Shown piece after piece: positions 49,217 to 58,415 of a DNA stretch of 64,000 nt (positions are counted from its first letter, which is position 1; every line of letters begins with the position of its first letter). The stretch lies in sequence record MW248466.1; one strand, given 5' to 3'. A program made the position numbers and the translations under genes. The notes beneath the pieces are model-generated. The model did no database searches and was not told the DNA's origin. It was given only the letters and a program-made list of their open reading frames with translations.

Positions 49217-50692
49217 GTGCGAAGTGTTTCCCTATAAGTGCTTAAAGCATGAAATGGGATAGTTTTTATTTTATATAAAAATGAAACTTTAATAGAGATG
49301 ACTGGTAACGGTCACATAGACACCTACATGCATTGTGAGTAATTACTTTGTATGAAGCTAGGTAATATGGGTCATATATGGTGACGAATAGGAACTTCTT
49401 ATGATGTCCTTTAAAATGAAGAGAGTAGTTTGGAATGGTGAAATCTTCTTTAAGTGTTTTAAAGGGTAGAGGGAGCACCTAAGTATGATATACTATCTAT
49501 TAAGGAACGCTTGAGATCCAATAATTGTTTTAATATTGGAAGTCAGCAGACCATAGTAGCGTTGAAGCTTTGTAATAAAAGTGGAGCGAAGGGTCATAGT
49601 CAATAAAAGAAAACTTTTTTAATAGAAAACTTTTTTAATGAACAATAAGCTATTAAGATATAAAGGAATGATAGCTTATGAATATTAAAAAAATGAATCA
49701 AGATCAAAAAAATGAATGGTTTCAAAATAAATTAGATGAAAAATATGATTCTGATAATAGATTATTATTATTAAGTGATTATAAAACTACTCATGAAAAA
49801 GTTAAAATAAAGTGTTTAAAATGTGGTCATGAAGATATTAGGAGACCTGCAGTCTTAATTCAAGGAAATAGATGTTCTAGTTGTGGAAATAGAAAAAGAT
49901 ATACAACTAAAACACTACAAGAAAGATTTGATGAAGTTTATCCTAATGAATATGAAATTTTAGAAGAATATAATGGTCATATAAGAGATAAAATGAGAAT
50001 AAAACATATTCCTTGTGGGGAAATTCTTCATAAATCTCCCAATTCTATTTTAAATACTGGAAGAAAATGTCTAAAATGTTCTAAACTCAAAAAGAAATCT
50101 ATACAGGAAACACAAAATTTAATTGATAGTAAATTTAAGGAAAGAGAATTTACAATTGTTTCTGAAGAATATATTAATAAAGATACTCCATTAAATATTA
50201 AACATGAAAAATGTGGAAATATAATAAATATTTCATATACAAATATACGAAATGATGTTTTTTATTGTAAATATTGTAATAGAAGTAATGGAGAACTATT
50301 GGTAGCTAATATATTAGATGAGTTAGGCATTGATTATGAGATAGAATATAATCACGAAAAAGTTAAAAGTTTAAAAAATAGATATATGCCTTTTGATTTC
50401 TTCTTTAAAATTAATGGTAAAGAATGTGCAATTGAGTATGATGGAAGACAACATTTTGAAAAAGATTACATTGGTTTTAAAGATGAAAAATCATTTGAAG
50501 AAAGAGTCAAAAAAGATTTACTTAAAAATAAACTTTGTGAAGAAAATAATATTAATCTATTGAGAATCCGTTTTGATCAAAATAAAACTATTAGAAAAGA
50601 TATTTTTGAATTTATTGATGGAACGCTGTATGCGATGAAAGTCGCACGTACAGTGTGAAGCGGGGGAAAATCGTAAGATTACCTATCGCTAT
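49217..50692 (+). mobile_element. group II intron (1476 nt, no RT) in RNAP beta' gene
   Basis: 5' GUGCGA at 49217; 34-nt domain V ACGCUGUAUGCGAU-GAAA-GUCGCACGUACAGUGU (50623-50656); domain VI with bulged A50685; 3' ...AU; removal restores RYPIENFLNVAPAKIKILT. Confidence 0.9.
49678..50658 (+). CDS. intron-encoded putative homing endonuclease (Zn-ribbon repeats + Vsr-like/EDxHD-type nuclease)
   Basis: Three repeated CxxCG/HxxCG...CxxC units; C-terminal GE..VANIL...PFDFF...AIEYDGRQHF...DLLKN...NINLLRI; RBS AAAGGA. Confidence 0.8.
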   Translation: MNIKKMNQDQKNEWFQNKLDEKYDSDNRLLLLSDYKTTHEKVKIKCLKCGHEDIRRPAVLIQGNRCSSCGNRKRYTTKTLQERFDEVYPNEYEILEEYNGHIRDKMRIKHIPCGEILHKSPNSILNTGRKCLKCSKLKKKSIQETQNLIDSKFKEREFTIVSEEYINKDTPLNIKHEKCGNIINISYTNIRNDVFYCKYCNRSNGELLVANILDELGIDYEIEYNHEKVKSLKNRYMPFDFFFKINGKECAIEYDGRQHFEKDYIGFKDEKSFEERVKKDLLKNKLCEENNINLLRIRFDQNKTIRKDIFEFIDGTLYAMKVARTV

Positions 50693-50883
50693 TAAATGTC
50701 GCACCTGCTAAAATTAAAATACTAACTACCGTTGATACAATTCCAGAAATTACTTTAGATGATATTGTACTTAAAGATTATCCTAAAGTTGTTCATGAAT
50801 ATCCTGTTGATGAAGATGTATTTATAGATACTGCCATTATACACAATTCATATGCTGGAGCACTCGGTGCAGATTTTGACGGT
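50693..50883 (+). CDS. rpoC: RNAP beta' exon 2
   Basis: LNVAPAKIKILT...HNSYAGALGADFDG. Confidence 0.9.
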
Positions 50884-51041
50884 AAGTTATATTGCCGTAT
50901 TTAAATATTATTAATTGCTGGGAGAGATTATCATCTTAATCAGCATCACTACAAATAGTGTTCAACGACTAAATATAATATGCTTATTTAAAGTAAAGAT
51001 ATAGTCTGATCTATATTATCTTAATATAGATAACATAAATG
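50884..51041 (+). ncRNA. ORF-less group I intron (158 nt) inside the catalytic DFDG|D motif
   Basis: P1 ACGGU|AA/UUGCCGU with U-G wobble; AAUUGCUGGG, AAUCAGCA, UUCAACGACUA, AAGAUAUAGUC; terminal G51041. Confidence 0.9.
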
Positions 51042-51167
51042 GATATGATCTCTATAAGATCTCTTTGGACAGTAGAGGCTAATAAAGAAGCTAATAAACT
51101 TCTTAATAAGAAAACCAACTATCTAAACTACACTGGTAATTCAGTACGTAATTTGGGTAATGAGAGT
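51042..51167 (+). CDS. rpoC: RNAP beta' exon 3
   Basis: DMISIRSLWTVEANKEA...GNSVRNLGNES completes GADFDGDM. Confidence 0.9.
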
Positions 51168-51307
51168 AACATGCTTGTATGCTCTCAATAAATAATATTA
51201 ATTGCTGGAAAAATCTAATTAGATCAATCAGCATCAACTTCATATAAGTTGTTCAACGACTAAATATATTACTAAGAAGATATAGTCTAATTATCATAAA
51301 TAATATG
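51168..51307 (+). ncRNA. ORF-less group I intron (140 nt)
   Basis: P1 UGAGAGU|A/UGCUCUCA with U-G wobble; AAUUGCUGG, AAUCAGCA, UUCAACGACUA, AAGAUAUAGUC; P9 AUUAU/AUAAU; terminal G51307. Confidence 0.85.
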
Positions 51308-51340
51308 GTACAAGCTTTATACTCTTTAACTAAAGAATAA
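51308..51340 (+). CDS. rpoC: RNAP beta' exon 4
   Basis: VQALYSLTKE*; spliced GNESVQALYSLT resembles bacterial SQDVVLGLYYMT. Confidence 0.8.
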   Translation, partial: VQALYSLTKE

Positions 51341-51350
51341 TTTAAAAAAC

Positions 51351-51383
51351 AGAGGTAACGGACAATTATAGTTCGTTACCTCT
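51351..51383 (+). terminator. hairpin after beta' gene
   Basis: AGAGGTAACGGAC...GTTCGTTACCTCT. Confidence 0.55.
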
Positions 51384-51416
51384 ATTATATTGCAAAAATG
51401 CATTCAATAATATTTT

Positions 51417-51429
51417 AAATATATATTAT
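51417..51429 (+). promoter_or_regulatory. AAATATATATTAT motif (putative early promoter)
   Basis: Exact 13-mer. Confidence 0.6.
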
Positions 51430-51485
51430 AATTATGAAGTTGATAATTATTAATCAACTAATATAATAAAAAAGGATGGATTTAA

Positions 51486-51785
51486 ATGAATACAATCAAA
51501 ATAATGGATACAGAAATTCTACAGGAAGCTGTAGAAGGAAAAGAGAATAACGGTGGAGGTTACGAACATACTCGTACCGTTTTCGAATTCCAAGGAAAAC
51601 AAGGAGTTTTCGAAGACACTTCTTGTGGTGATTTCGGTAGCAGATTCTTCATGGAATGGGATGGAAAAATGACTATGTGGGGAAGTATGTTTGATAGTGA
51701 AGTCGAATACAGTGAATTCGATGAACAAGAACAATCAGAACTTCTAAACCATTTTAGAGTTCCTGTTTTTGAAGAAACAATCTAG
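51486..51785 (+). CDS. acidic hypothetical protein (99 aa), monocistronic
   Basis: Own promoter motif, RBS AAGGA, and terminator TCTAGGACATT/AATGTCCTAGA at 51781-51802. Confidence 0.75.
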   Translation: MNTIKIMDTEILQEAVEGKENNGGGYEHTRTVFEFQGKQGVFEDTSCGDFGSRFFMEWDGKMTMWGSMFDSEVEYSEFDEQEQSELLNHFRVPVFEETI

Positions 51786-51847
51786 GACATTAATGTCCTA
51801 GATTTCTTTTTATTTTTTTTTTTCTAAAAATATTTGATTTTGTATGT

Positions 51848-51860
51848 AAATATATATTAT
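51848..51860 (+). promoter_or_regulatory. AAATATATATTAT motif (putative early promoter) heading the tag-family array
   Basis: Exact 13-mer. Confidence 0.6.
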
Positions 51861-51925
51861 AAAAATAGATGTAATTAAGAATTACTTAATTAAAGAAGAA
51901 TTTAAATAAGGAAGTGTAAAAGGAT

Positions 51926-52408
51926 ATGATATACTATAAAAATAAAATAAATAATGAAATATATGAAGTTAATAATATTCATAGAAAGGATGATGCTTTT
52001 TATTATGTGTTTGGTAATGAATTTAAAAAAGAAAGAATGGAATTATATGAATCAGTGGGTAAAAAAATTGATTTATTTGATAAAGATAAAGGACATAAAG
52101 AATTAAACTTCCAATTAAATTATGACTCATCTAGATTATTTTTAGTTACACATATGAAATATGATAATAATAATCCTTTTGCACCTAAAGTAGTAGATTT
52201 AAAGAATCAAAATCTTGTCTCATCTGATTCTTCAGAAGATCTTTACTATATATTATATAAAAGAATGTGTAATGCAATAGATATACCTTTATTAAATTAT
52301 AATATATTATTAAAAGAATTTAATTTTGATAATGAAGACATATTTAAAATAATACCAGAAGATTGTAAAGAAGTAAAAGATTTTAAAATTAGAAATCTTT
52401 TTAAATAA
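51926..52408 (+). CDS. tag-family protein (paralog of 53136)
   Basis: Starts MIYYKNKINNEIYEV; ends EDCKEVKDFKIRNLFK. Confidence 0.8.
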   Translation: MIYYKNKINNEIYEVNNIHRKDDAFYYVFGNEFKKERMELYESVGKKIDLFDKDKGHKELNFQLNYDSSRLFLVTHMKYDNNNPFAPKVVDLKNQNLVSSDSSEDLYYILYKRMCNAIDIPLLNYNILLKEFNFDNEDIFKIIPEDCKEVKDFKIRNLFK

Positions 52409-52423
52409 AAGGAGAAATTTTAA

Positions 52424-53125
52424 ATGGAAAATATTAAATTGTATAAAAATCTAGAAAATGGTAATAAATTTACTTTATCTAAAGATGAAATTAATAATGG
52501 TAGATTTCTTTATAAAGTCATGAAACAAATAAAAAGTAATTTTTACCCATTTTATAATTATGAAGACCATCCCATTACAATCAATGAAAACTCTTATTTA
52601 ATTAATGAACAAATGAATTTTCATTTTTATACACGTTCAGATATTATTATAAATTTTAAAAATTTAATTGGAGTAGACGAAGATATAATAATTAAAATTA
52701 ATGAAAATGAAGAAAGAAATAATTCAGCTTCAATTGTTTGTTTCTCTGATTCCAATACAGATAATGATGGAATTTATGAAAATATATTTCAAATTGTTTT
52801 AAATACAAAAAAGGCTAAGAAAATAAATCGTATGCTAAATAAATATGAAAGTGATAAATATAAAATATCTTCTCATACAATGGATAAAAATGAAGTAAAT
52901 TTTAAAGTCAAATTTAAACAAGATTATTTGTCTGATAAGAATAATGACTTTTATGATTCTCTAGATGAATTGATATATTATATATTAAAGGACCTTAGAA
53001 TTAAGATCGATAATTCGTATATGTATTTTATGGATTATCTAAGATGGAATTTGGAATTTATTGCTGAAGAAATTACTGATGAGGAAGAAATTAAAAAATA
53101 CTTAATTAAAGAAAAATTTAAATAA
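52424..53125 (+). CDS. tag-family protein
   Basis: Ends EEITDEEEIKKYLIKEKFK. Confidence 0.8.
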   Translation: MENIKLYKNLENGNKFTLSKDEINNGRFLYKVMKQIKSNFYPFYNYEDHPITINENSYLINEQMNFHFYTRSDIIINFKNLIGVDEDIIIKINENEERNNSASIVCFSDSNTDNDGIYENIFQIVLNTKKAKKINRMLNKYESDKYKISSHTMDKNEVNFKVKFKQDYLSDKNNDFYDSLDELIYYILKDLRIKIDNSYMYFMDYLRWNLEFIAEEITDEEEIKKYLIKEKFK

Positions 53126-53135
53126 GGAAGTGTAA

Positions 53136-53627
53136 ATGGATATGATATATTACAAAAATAAAGTAAATGATGAAATATATGAAGTTAATAATATTCATAG
53201 AAAAGATGATGCATTTTATTATGTATTCAATAATGAATTTAAAAAAGAGAATTCGTCTTTTTATAAATCTTATGGTAAAAAGATTGATTTATATGATGAA
53301 GATGTAGGAAGTATAAAATTGGAGTTTTTCTTAATTTATGATTCTATTAATCTTCATTTAACTACACACTTTTCTTGGGATTTTAATAATATTCCTTTTA
53401 TACCTAAAAATATAGAATTAACAAACCAAAATCTTGTCATATCAGACTCTTCAATTGATCTTTATTATTTATTCTATAAAGGAATATGTGATGTGATAGA
53501 TATAAATATGGCACATTATAATATTCCATTAGAAAAATTTAATTTTGATAATGGAGATATATTTGAAATAATTTCAGAAGATTGCAAAGAAGTAAAAGAT
53601 TTTAAAGTTAAAAATCATTTTAAATAA
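53136..53627 (+). CDS. tag-family protein (paralog of 51926)
   Basis: Ends EDCKEVKDFKVKNHFK. Confidence 0.8.
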   Translation: MDMIYYKNKVNDEIYEVNNIHRKDDAFYYVFNNEFKKENSSFYKSYGKKIDLYDEDVGSIKLEFFLIYDSINLHLTTHFSWDFNNIPFIPKNIELTNQNLVISDSSIDLYYLFYKGICDVIDINMAHYNIPLEKFNFDNGDIFEIISEDCKEVKDFKVKNHFK

Positions 53628-53641
53628 GGAGATAGATAAAT

Positions 53642-53818
53642 ATGAGAAAAGAAATTAGAAAAAATGAAAGTAAACAATTGACTTTACAAGAAAAATGGGA
53701 AATTGATGTAGAATTATACAGAGAGAAAAATAAAGACAAGAAAAAAATAAAAGGTCCAATTATAGGAAAGAAAGTTTCTAAAGAAGAAATGAAAAGAATC
53801 TTAAAAGGAGAAGAATAA
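53642..53818 (+). CDS. small basic hypothetical protein (58 aa, not in ORF track)
   Basis: RBS AAGGAG; MRKEIRKNESKQLTLQEKWE...KRILKGEE*; stop overlaps next ATG. Confidence 0.6.
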   Translation: MRKEIRKNESKQLTLQEKWEIDVELYREKNKDKKKIKGPIIGKKVSKEEMKRILKGEE

Positions 53819-54489
53819 TGAAAAATTATGATTTTGATTTATATATGATAAATAAAGATACAAAAGATAATTATTTTATGAAAATAAATAAAGATAAATA
53901 TAATAATGATAGAGAGTATATTGAAAAAGTAAATACTATTAATATGATAAAATTATTAACTGATAACGCTGATCCTGATTTTGAAAATATAACAGAATTT
54001 GAAGTTGATTGTAAACTTAAATTAAGAGATTATGATGATTATAAAGATATTAAGTTATCTTATTATCAAAATATGAATGAACTTACAAACAATTTTGCTG
54101 GAATAACATATGTATCAACTAAATTAAAATTTATAAGTAAAGAAAAAGATAATAGTTATCTAATAGATGAAATATTATATGAGTATAAAATGATGAATGG
54201 AAATGTAGATTTGAATAATAAACGTAATACAGTTAAAGTAAAAAGAAATGAAACTGTTACTTTGAAAGATGTTAGTGAAAGATGTCCTAAATTCTACTTA
54301 TCACTTGAGAAGTTTACAAAAGAATTCATGAAGATGATAACTGAATTAAATAAATATGAAGACATACAGTTTTTAATTGATGGAACATACTATAGTTTAA
54401 AAGATATCAATTTACACAATAAAGATTTATTTAGAACTGCTACTAATAAAGAATTTAAGAATTATTTAGTTAAAAAGGGATTTAGATAA
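53818..54489 (+). CDS. tag-family protein
   Basis: Ends TNKEFKNYLVKKGFR. Confidence 0.8.
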   Translation: MKNYDFDLYMINKDTKDNYFMKINKDKYNNDREYIEKVNTINMIKLLTDNADPDFENITEFEVDCKLKLRDYDDYKDIKLSYYQNMNELTNNFAGITYVSTKLKFISKEKDNSYLIDEILYEYKMMNGNVDLNNKRNTVKVKRNETVTLKDVSERCPKFYLSLEKFTKEFMKMITELNKYEDIQFLIDGTYYSLKDINLHNKDLFRTATNKEFKNYLVKKGFR

Positions 54490-54556
54490 AAATGAGATAA
54501 TGAATTAATATAATTCATTATCTATATATTAATTTAATTAGGAGAGTGGAAAAGGT

Positions 54557-55165
54557 ATGATTTTAAAAGAGAATGAATTCTATTATAATAAAGATATTAA
54601 TGAACTTTTTATAATTAGTAAAGATGAAAGTGATATTAACGATAAGATAAATAAATTCTATTATAAAAAATTAATAGAAAGAAATTTAGATTATCATGAT
54701 TTAAATGATACTTTTTACCATAATGGAAATGTAGTTTTTGATTTAATGGATAATGATAAAATATTCTTCAGTGACATATATGATGGAACTAGAAAATACA
54801 TTCCTGTAGGATACGTAGAATTTTTATATTCAGAAATTGAAAATGACGAATCAACATTACAATTAGATATTTTTATTAGCAAAGATAATGATGTACACTT
54901 TTTAGAAATTGATGATCATTCACAAGGTGTTTCTATAACAATGATGAAAGACTTTTGTGAAAAAGATCTTATAAATTATAATAAATATGAAAATGATTTA
55001 AATGCATTACCTAATTTATTTGACATAATGCTTAAAGAAAATAATAATGGAAATATTAAAATCTTTATAAATGGTATTGATATATTTGAACCTCATGCAT
55101 ATTTTAGAAAATTAGAAGACGAAAAAGAAATTAAAAATACACTAGTCAATAAAAATTTTATATAA
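54557..55165 (+). CDS. tag-family protein
   Basis: Ends KLEDEKEIKNTLVNKNFI. Confidence 0.8.
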   Translation: MILKENEFYYNKDINELFIISKDESDINDKINKFYYKKLIERNLDYHDLNDTFYHNGNVVFDLMDNDKIFFSDIYDGTRKYIPVGYVEFLYSEIENDESTLQLDIFISKDNDVHFLEIDDHSQGVSITMMKDFCEKDLINYNKYENDLNALPNLFDIMLKENNNGNIKIFINGIDIFEPHAYFRKLEDEKEIKNTLVNKNFI

Positions 55166-55179
55166 AGGAGATAAATATA

Positions 55180-55800
55180 ATGAATGTAAATGAATATATA
55201 ACTAATCATGATTTTTATAGAGTTGGGAATGAAGGTCAAGTATTTGTATTTAATAAAGATATATCAAAGGATGAATTAAATTCTAAAATATTTACTAAAT
55301 TATTTGCATGCGAAAATATACACATATTATTGCCTGAATATGGATATTATGTAATAGAAGAAAAAAATGTATTCTTAAGAAATAATGATAAAATATTATT
55401 AGTCGAAAATATTACTATTGACATAAGTTTAATTAAGGACGATCTAATTGAATTAAATTTTATATTAAATATTGAATCTGATCTTTATTCAAAAATTGGC
55501 CCTTTTGAAAAAGATAATCATGATCCTTTTTATTATTATAATACTATTATTCAAATAGAAAATAAAGATAACTTTCAACATGAATTAATTTCTCATATAA
55601 CAAATCATTTTAATAAAATGAGTGATGTTGATTTAATGCTTTTAACTACTAAAAATGAAATTAAATTTAATAAAGATCATAGCGTTAATAAAAAATGTAT
55701 TGATTTTAAATGTAATTTTAATGAAATTTATAAAATACTTAATAAATTAGAAGATGAGAAAGAAATTAAAAAATATCTAACTAAAGAAAATTTTAAATAG
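55180..55800 (+). CDS. tag-family protein
   Basis: Ends KLEDEKEIKKYLTKENFK. Confidence 0.8.
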   Translation: MNVNEYITNHDFYRVGNEGQVFVFNKDISKDELNSKIFTKLFACENIHILLPEYGYYVIEEKNVFLRNNDKILLVENITIDISLIKDDLIELNFILNIESDLYSKIGPFEKDNHDPFYYYNTIIQIENKDNFQHELISHITNHFNKMSDVDLMLLTTKNEIKFNKDHSVNKKCIDFKCNFNEIYKILNKLEDEKEIKKYLTKENFK

Positions 55801-55813
55801 GAGAAGATCAATA

Positions 55814-56485
55814 ATGTATAATTTCGAACTATATAAAAATATCGATACAGGTATTTACACAGAAATGAAAGATATGGAAAATAAAAAATATATTAAAGGT
55901 TTTTCTCTTATAAATTGTTTAGATGATCGAGTATATATAGTATTAGAAGGTGAAGATGGAAAACCTACATTAAGACATCAAGGTATGACAAGAAATTTTA
56001 TTGCAATAAGACAAGGAGATATTATTTATAAAGTAAAGGAAATTGAATTTATTGTAAAATTTAAAAATGATAAAATGGAAGTTCATTCTAAATTAACGCC
56101 AAAAGCTTCAACTCTTAATAAATTAGAAAAAATAGGAAATTTTTATAAAATAAGAAATTTATTCTATTACAAAAAGACTTTTCATAAAGATAATGAAATA
56201 AATAACTCTTATAGACGAGATGATAAAAATCAGGTTATTATTAGCGAAGTATTTGAAAAATTATTAAATGAAATTAAAAATGACACTATTGATTTCTATT
56301 TAACTGATTACGATATGATAGAGGAATTAGAAAACAATAAAAATAAAATGAATATAAAAGATTTTTCTAAATATAAAGATGGTACATTGGAAGATTTTAA
56401 TATATTGAATATAGGAAAACAGTTAAAGATAGTTACAGATGAAAGAGAAATTAAGAAATATATAATAAGAGAAAATTTTAAATAA
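55814..56485 (+). CDS. tag-family protein
   Basis: Ends VTDEREIKKYIIRENFK. Confidence 0.8.
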   Translation: MYNFELYKNIDTGIYTEMKDMENKKYIKGFSLINCLDDRVYIVLEGEDGKPTLRHQGMTRNFIAIRQGDIIYKVKEIEFIVKFKNDKMEVHSKLTPKASTLNKLEKIGNFYKIRNLFYYKKTFHKDNEINNSYRRDDKNQVIISEVFEKLLNEIKNDTIDFYLTDYDMIEELENNKNKMNIKDFSKYKDGTLEDFNILNIGKQLKIVTDEREIKKYIIRENFK

Positions 56486-56498
56486 GGATAAGATAAAT

Positions 56499-57053
56499 AT
56501 GAATTTAGATAATATTGTAATATTAAAAAAGAAAAATGATGGTGAATTTAGCAATAATGGATTTGTAGAATTTAATCATAATAGTATTAATAATGATGAT
56601 ATATTGAGTCTTTCATTAATTACTTTATACACAAATTTGTATATAAAGAGTGACATGAAATATGATAATTTTGTTGATCATTTAAGTAATTTTTATTTAG
56701 AAATAGATGGACATTTAAAAGGACCATTAGTTATAACATACGATGAGAATAATCGTATACTTATATTTCATAACAGTAGATTGAACTCAGATATTTTTGA
56801 GCTTAGAGAATTTAATGTAAATACTAAATTATATTCATATTTAATTAAAGATATTGAATATGATGTAGTAGAAGAAGATTTAATAAAATCAGTAATTAAT
56901 GGATCAGAATATATAATAAATAGTGAAAGAATTAAACCAAAAATTATTATTGATGGATTATATAAGGATATTACAAATGTATTAAATTATTTTGAAAAAC
57001 TTACCGATGAAAGAGAAATTAAAAATTTCTTAGTTCAGAAAGGATTTAAATAA
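56499..57053 (+). CDS. tag-family protein
   Basis: Ends KLTDEREIKNFLVQKGFK. Confidence 0.8.
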   Translation: MNLDNIVILKKKNDGEFSNNGFVEFNHNSINNDDILSLSLITLYTNLYIKSDMKYDNFVDHLSNFYLEIDGHLKGPLVITYDENNRILIFHNSRLNSDIFELREFNVNTKLYSYLIKDIEYDVVEEDLIKSVINGSEYIINSERIKPKIIIDGLYKDITNVLNYFEKLTDEREIKNFLVQKGFK

Positions 57054-57072
57054 AATATAAGGAGGAATAAAT

Positions 57073-57696
57073 TTGGATAAGACATTATATGTATCAGATA
57101 TATTAGATGAAAAAATTATAGGAAGAAAGGATCTTAATAAAGATGAACTTTTTGATTTGTCATTTAATACAATTTTAAATAATTCTGATGACAATAGATT
57201 TAATAAAGAAGGATTTAGTTTAATGTTAACGTTTTCAAAAGGATTAATTTTAAAATTTGATTATACAGACAAATATTTTTATGTGAAAGATTTTATATTT
57301 TTAATAGAAAAAGTTGATGGCAACTATGAATTTAATTTTACATTAAGTATTCCAGAATTTACAGACAGTAAAATTGAAATTGGATTAGGAATTTTTGAAT
57401 CTGAAAAAGGTCATAGAGAATTTTATTTTAATGATTTTTCTTGTTATAAAGAAGGAAAAACTTTATTAGAAAGAGCTAAAGAATATTTAACGGATGATAT
57501 TTTTAATAATTATGGATTAAGTATCAATATTTTTACATTGAAAGATAAAAATAGAATTTTGTCAGATTATGATTTTGTCATAAATAATAATGATATAGAT
57601 GAGATTTACAGTTTAAAAAATATAGACAAATTATTTAAAGAAATAACAAATGAGAAAGAAATTAAGAAATATCTAACTAAAGAAAATTTTAAGTAG
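57073..57696 (+). CDS. tag-family protein
   Basis: Ends EITNEKEIKKYLTKENFK. Confidence 0.8.
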   Translation: MDKTLYVSDILDEKIIGRKDLNKDELFDLSFNTILNNSDDNRFNKEGFSLMLTFSKGLILKFDYTDKYFYVKDFIFLIEKVDGNYEFNFTLSIPEFTDSKIEIGLGIFESEKGHREFYFNDFSCYKEGKTLLERAKEYLTDDIFNNYGLSINIFTLKDKNRILSDYDFVINNNDIDEIYSLKNIDKLFKEITNEKEIKKYLTKENFK

Positions 57697-57741
57697 AGTG
57701 GAGTAAAAATAATTATTTAATTCAGGAAGGGTTTAGGTAAT

Positions 57742-58344
57742 ATGGAAATGAATTTAGATTCTTATGAATATTATTATAATGATGATGAAAAAGTTTTAGC
57801 TAAAACACCAGTTGATATATCAAAAGAAACTACTAATAAAAAGATTTCAATTGAATACTATAAAAATATATTTAAAAAAGATTTTTATCTGTTTCGTAAA
57901 CAAATTATTGGAACTCATGTAATATTCGACAGTGATTCTTTGCATAAAATAATTAATAAGAGTGATGGAACATCTGTACCAGGATTTAATTTATTATTAG
58001 ATTTTGAAGTTCTTAGTGTTTCAAGAGAAATTATCTTGAAACTAAGTTTTTCAATTAATGATTCTAAATTCTTTAAAACATTTGATAAAAGTAAAGATAT
58101 TTTAGAATTTTCAAAAATGAGTTCTATATATTACGATCATGTAGAGGATAACCTTGAAGATAAAATGGCATATTTATTAGCTAAACTATTCTTTGATATG
58201 CATGTGAATGAGAATGAAGATATCGAAATTTATTTAGAGGATAAATTTAATGAAATGTTAGATATATCTAAACCGTATAAATACTTTAGATTGTTAAATG
58301 AAAAAGAAGTTAAAAAACACTTAACAAGAGAAGGATTTAAATAA
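57742..58344 (+). CDS. tag-family protein
   Basis: Ends LLNEKEVKKHLTREGFK. Confidence 0.8.
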   Translation: MEMNLDSYEYYYNDDEKVLAKTPVDISKETTNKKISIEYYKNIFKKDFYLFRKQIIGTHVIFDSDSLHKIINKSDGTSVPGFNLLLDFEVLSVSREIILKLSFSINDSKFFKTFDKSKDILEFSKMSSIYYDHVEDNLEDKMAYLLAKLFFDMHVNENEDIEIYLEDKFNEMLDISKPYKYFRLLNEKEVKKHLTREGFK

Positions 58345-58415
58345 ACATTTTTAATGAATTTAATTAACTTTCTTTTATATTAATAAATATAATGAAAGAG
58401 AGTTGAATAAGATAA

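Noticed and set aside
49217-49245. RAKCFPISA* end of the 396-aa RNAP ORF
   Set aside because: Intron sequence (starts GUGCG); not the real C-terminus
49266-49478. Minus-strand 70-aa ORF
   Set aside because: Antisense to domain I of the group II intron; no RBS or motif; shadow ORF
49678-50658. Diversity-generating retroelement or retron explanation for the intron ORF or the variable array
   Set aside because: No reverse transcriptase motif, and no template/variable repeat pair differing at adenines was seen
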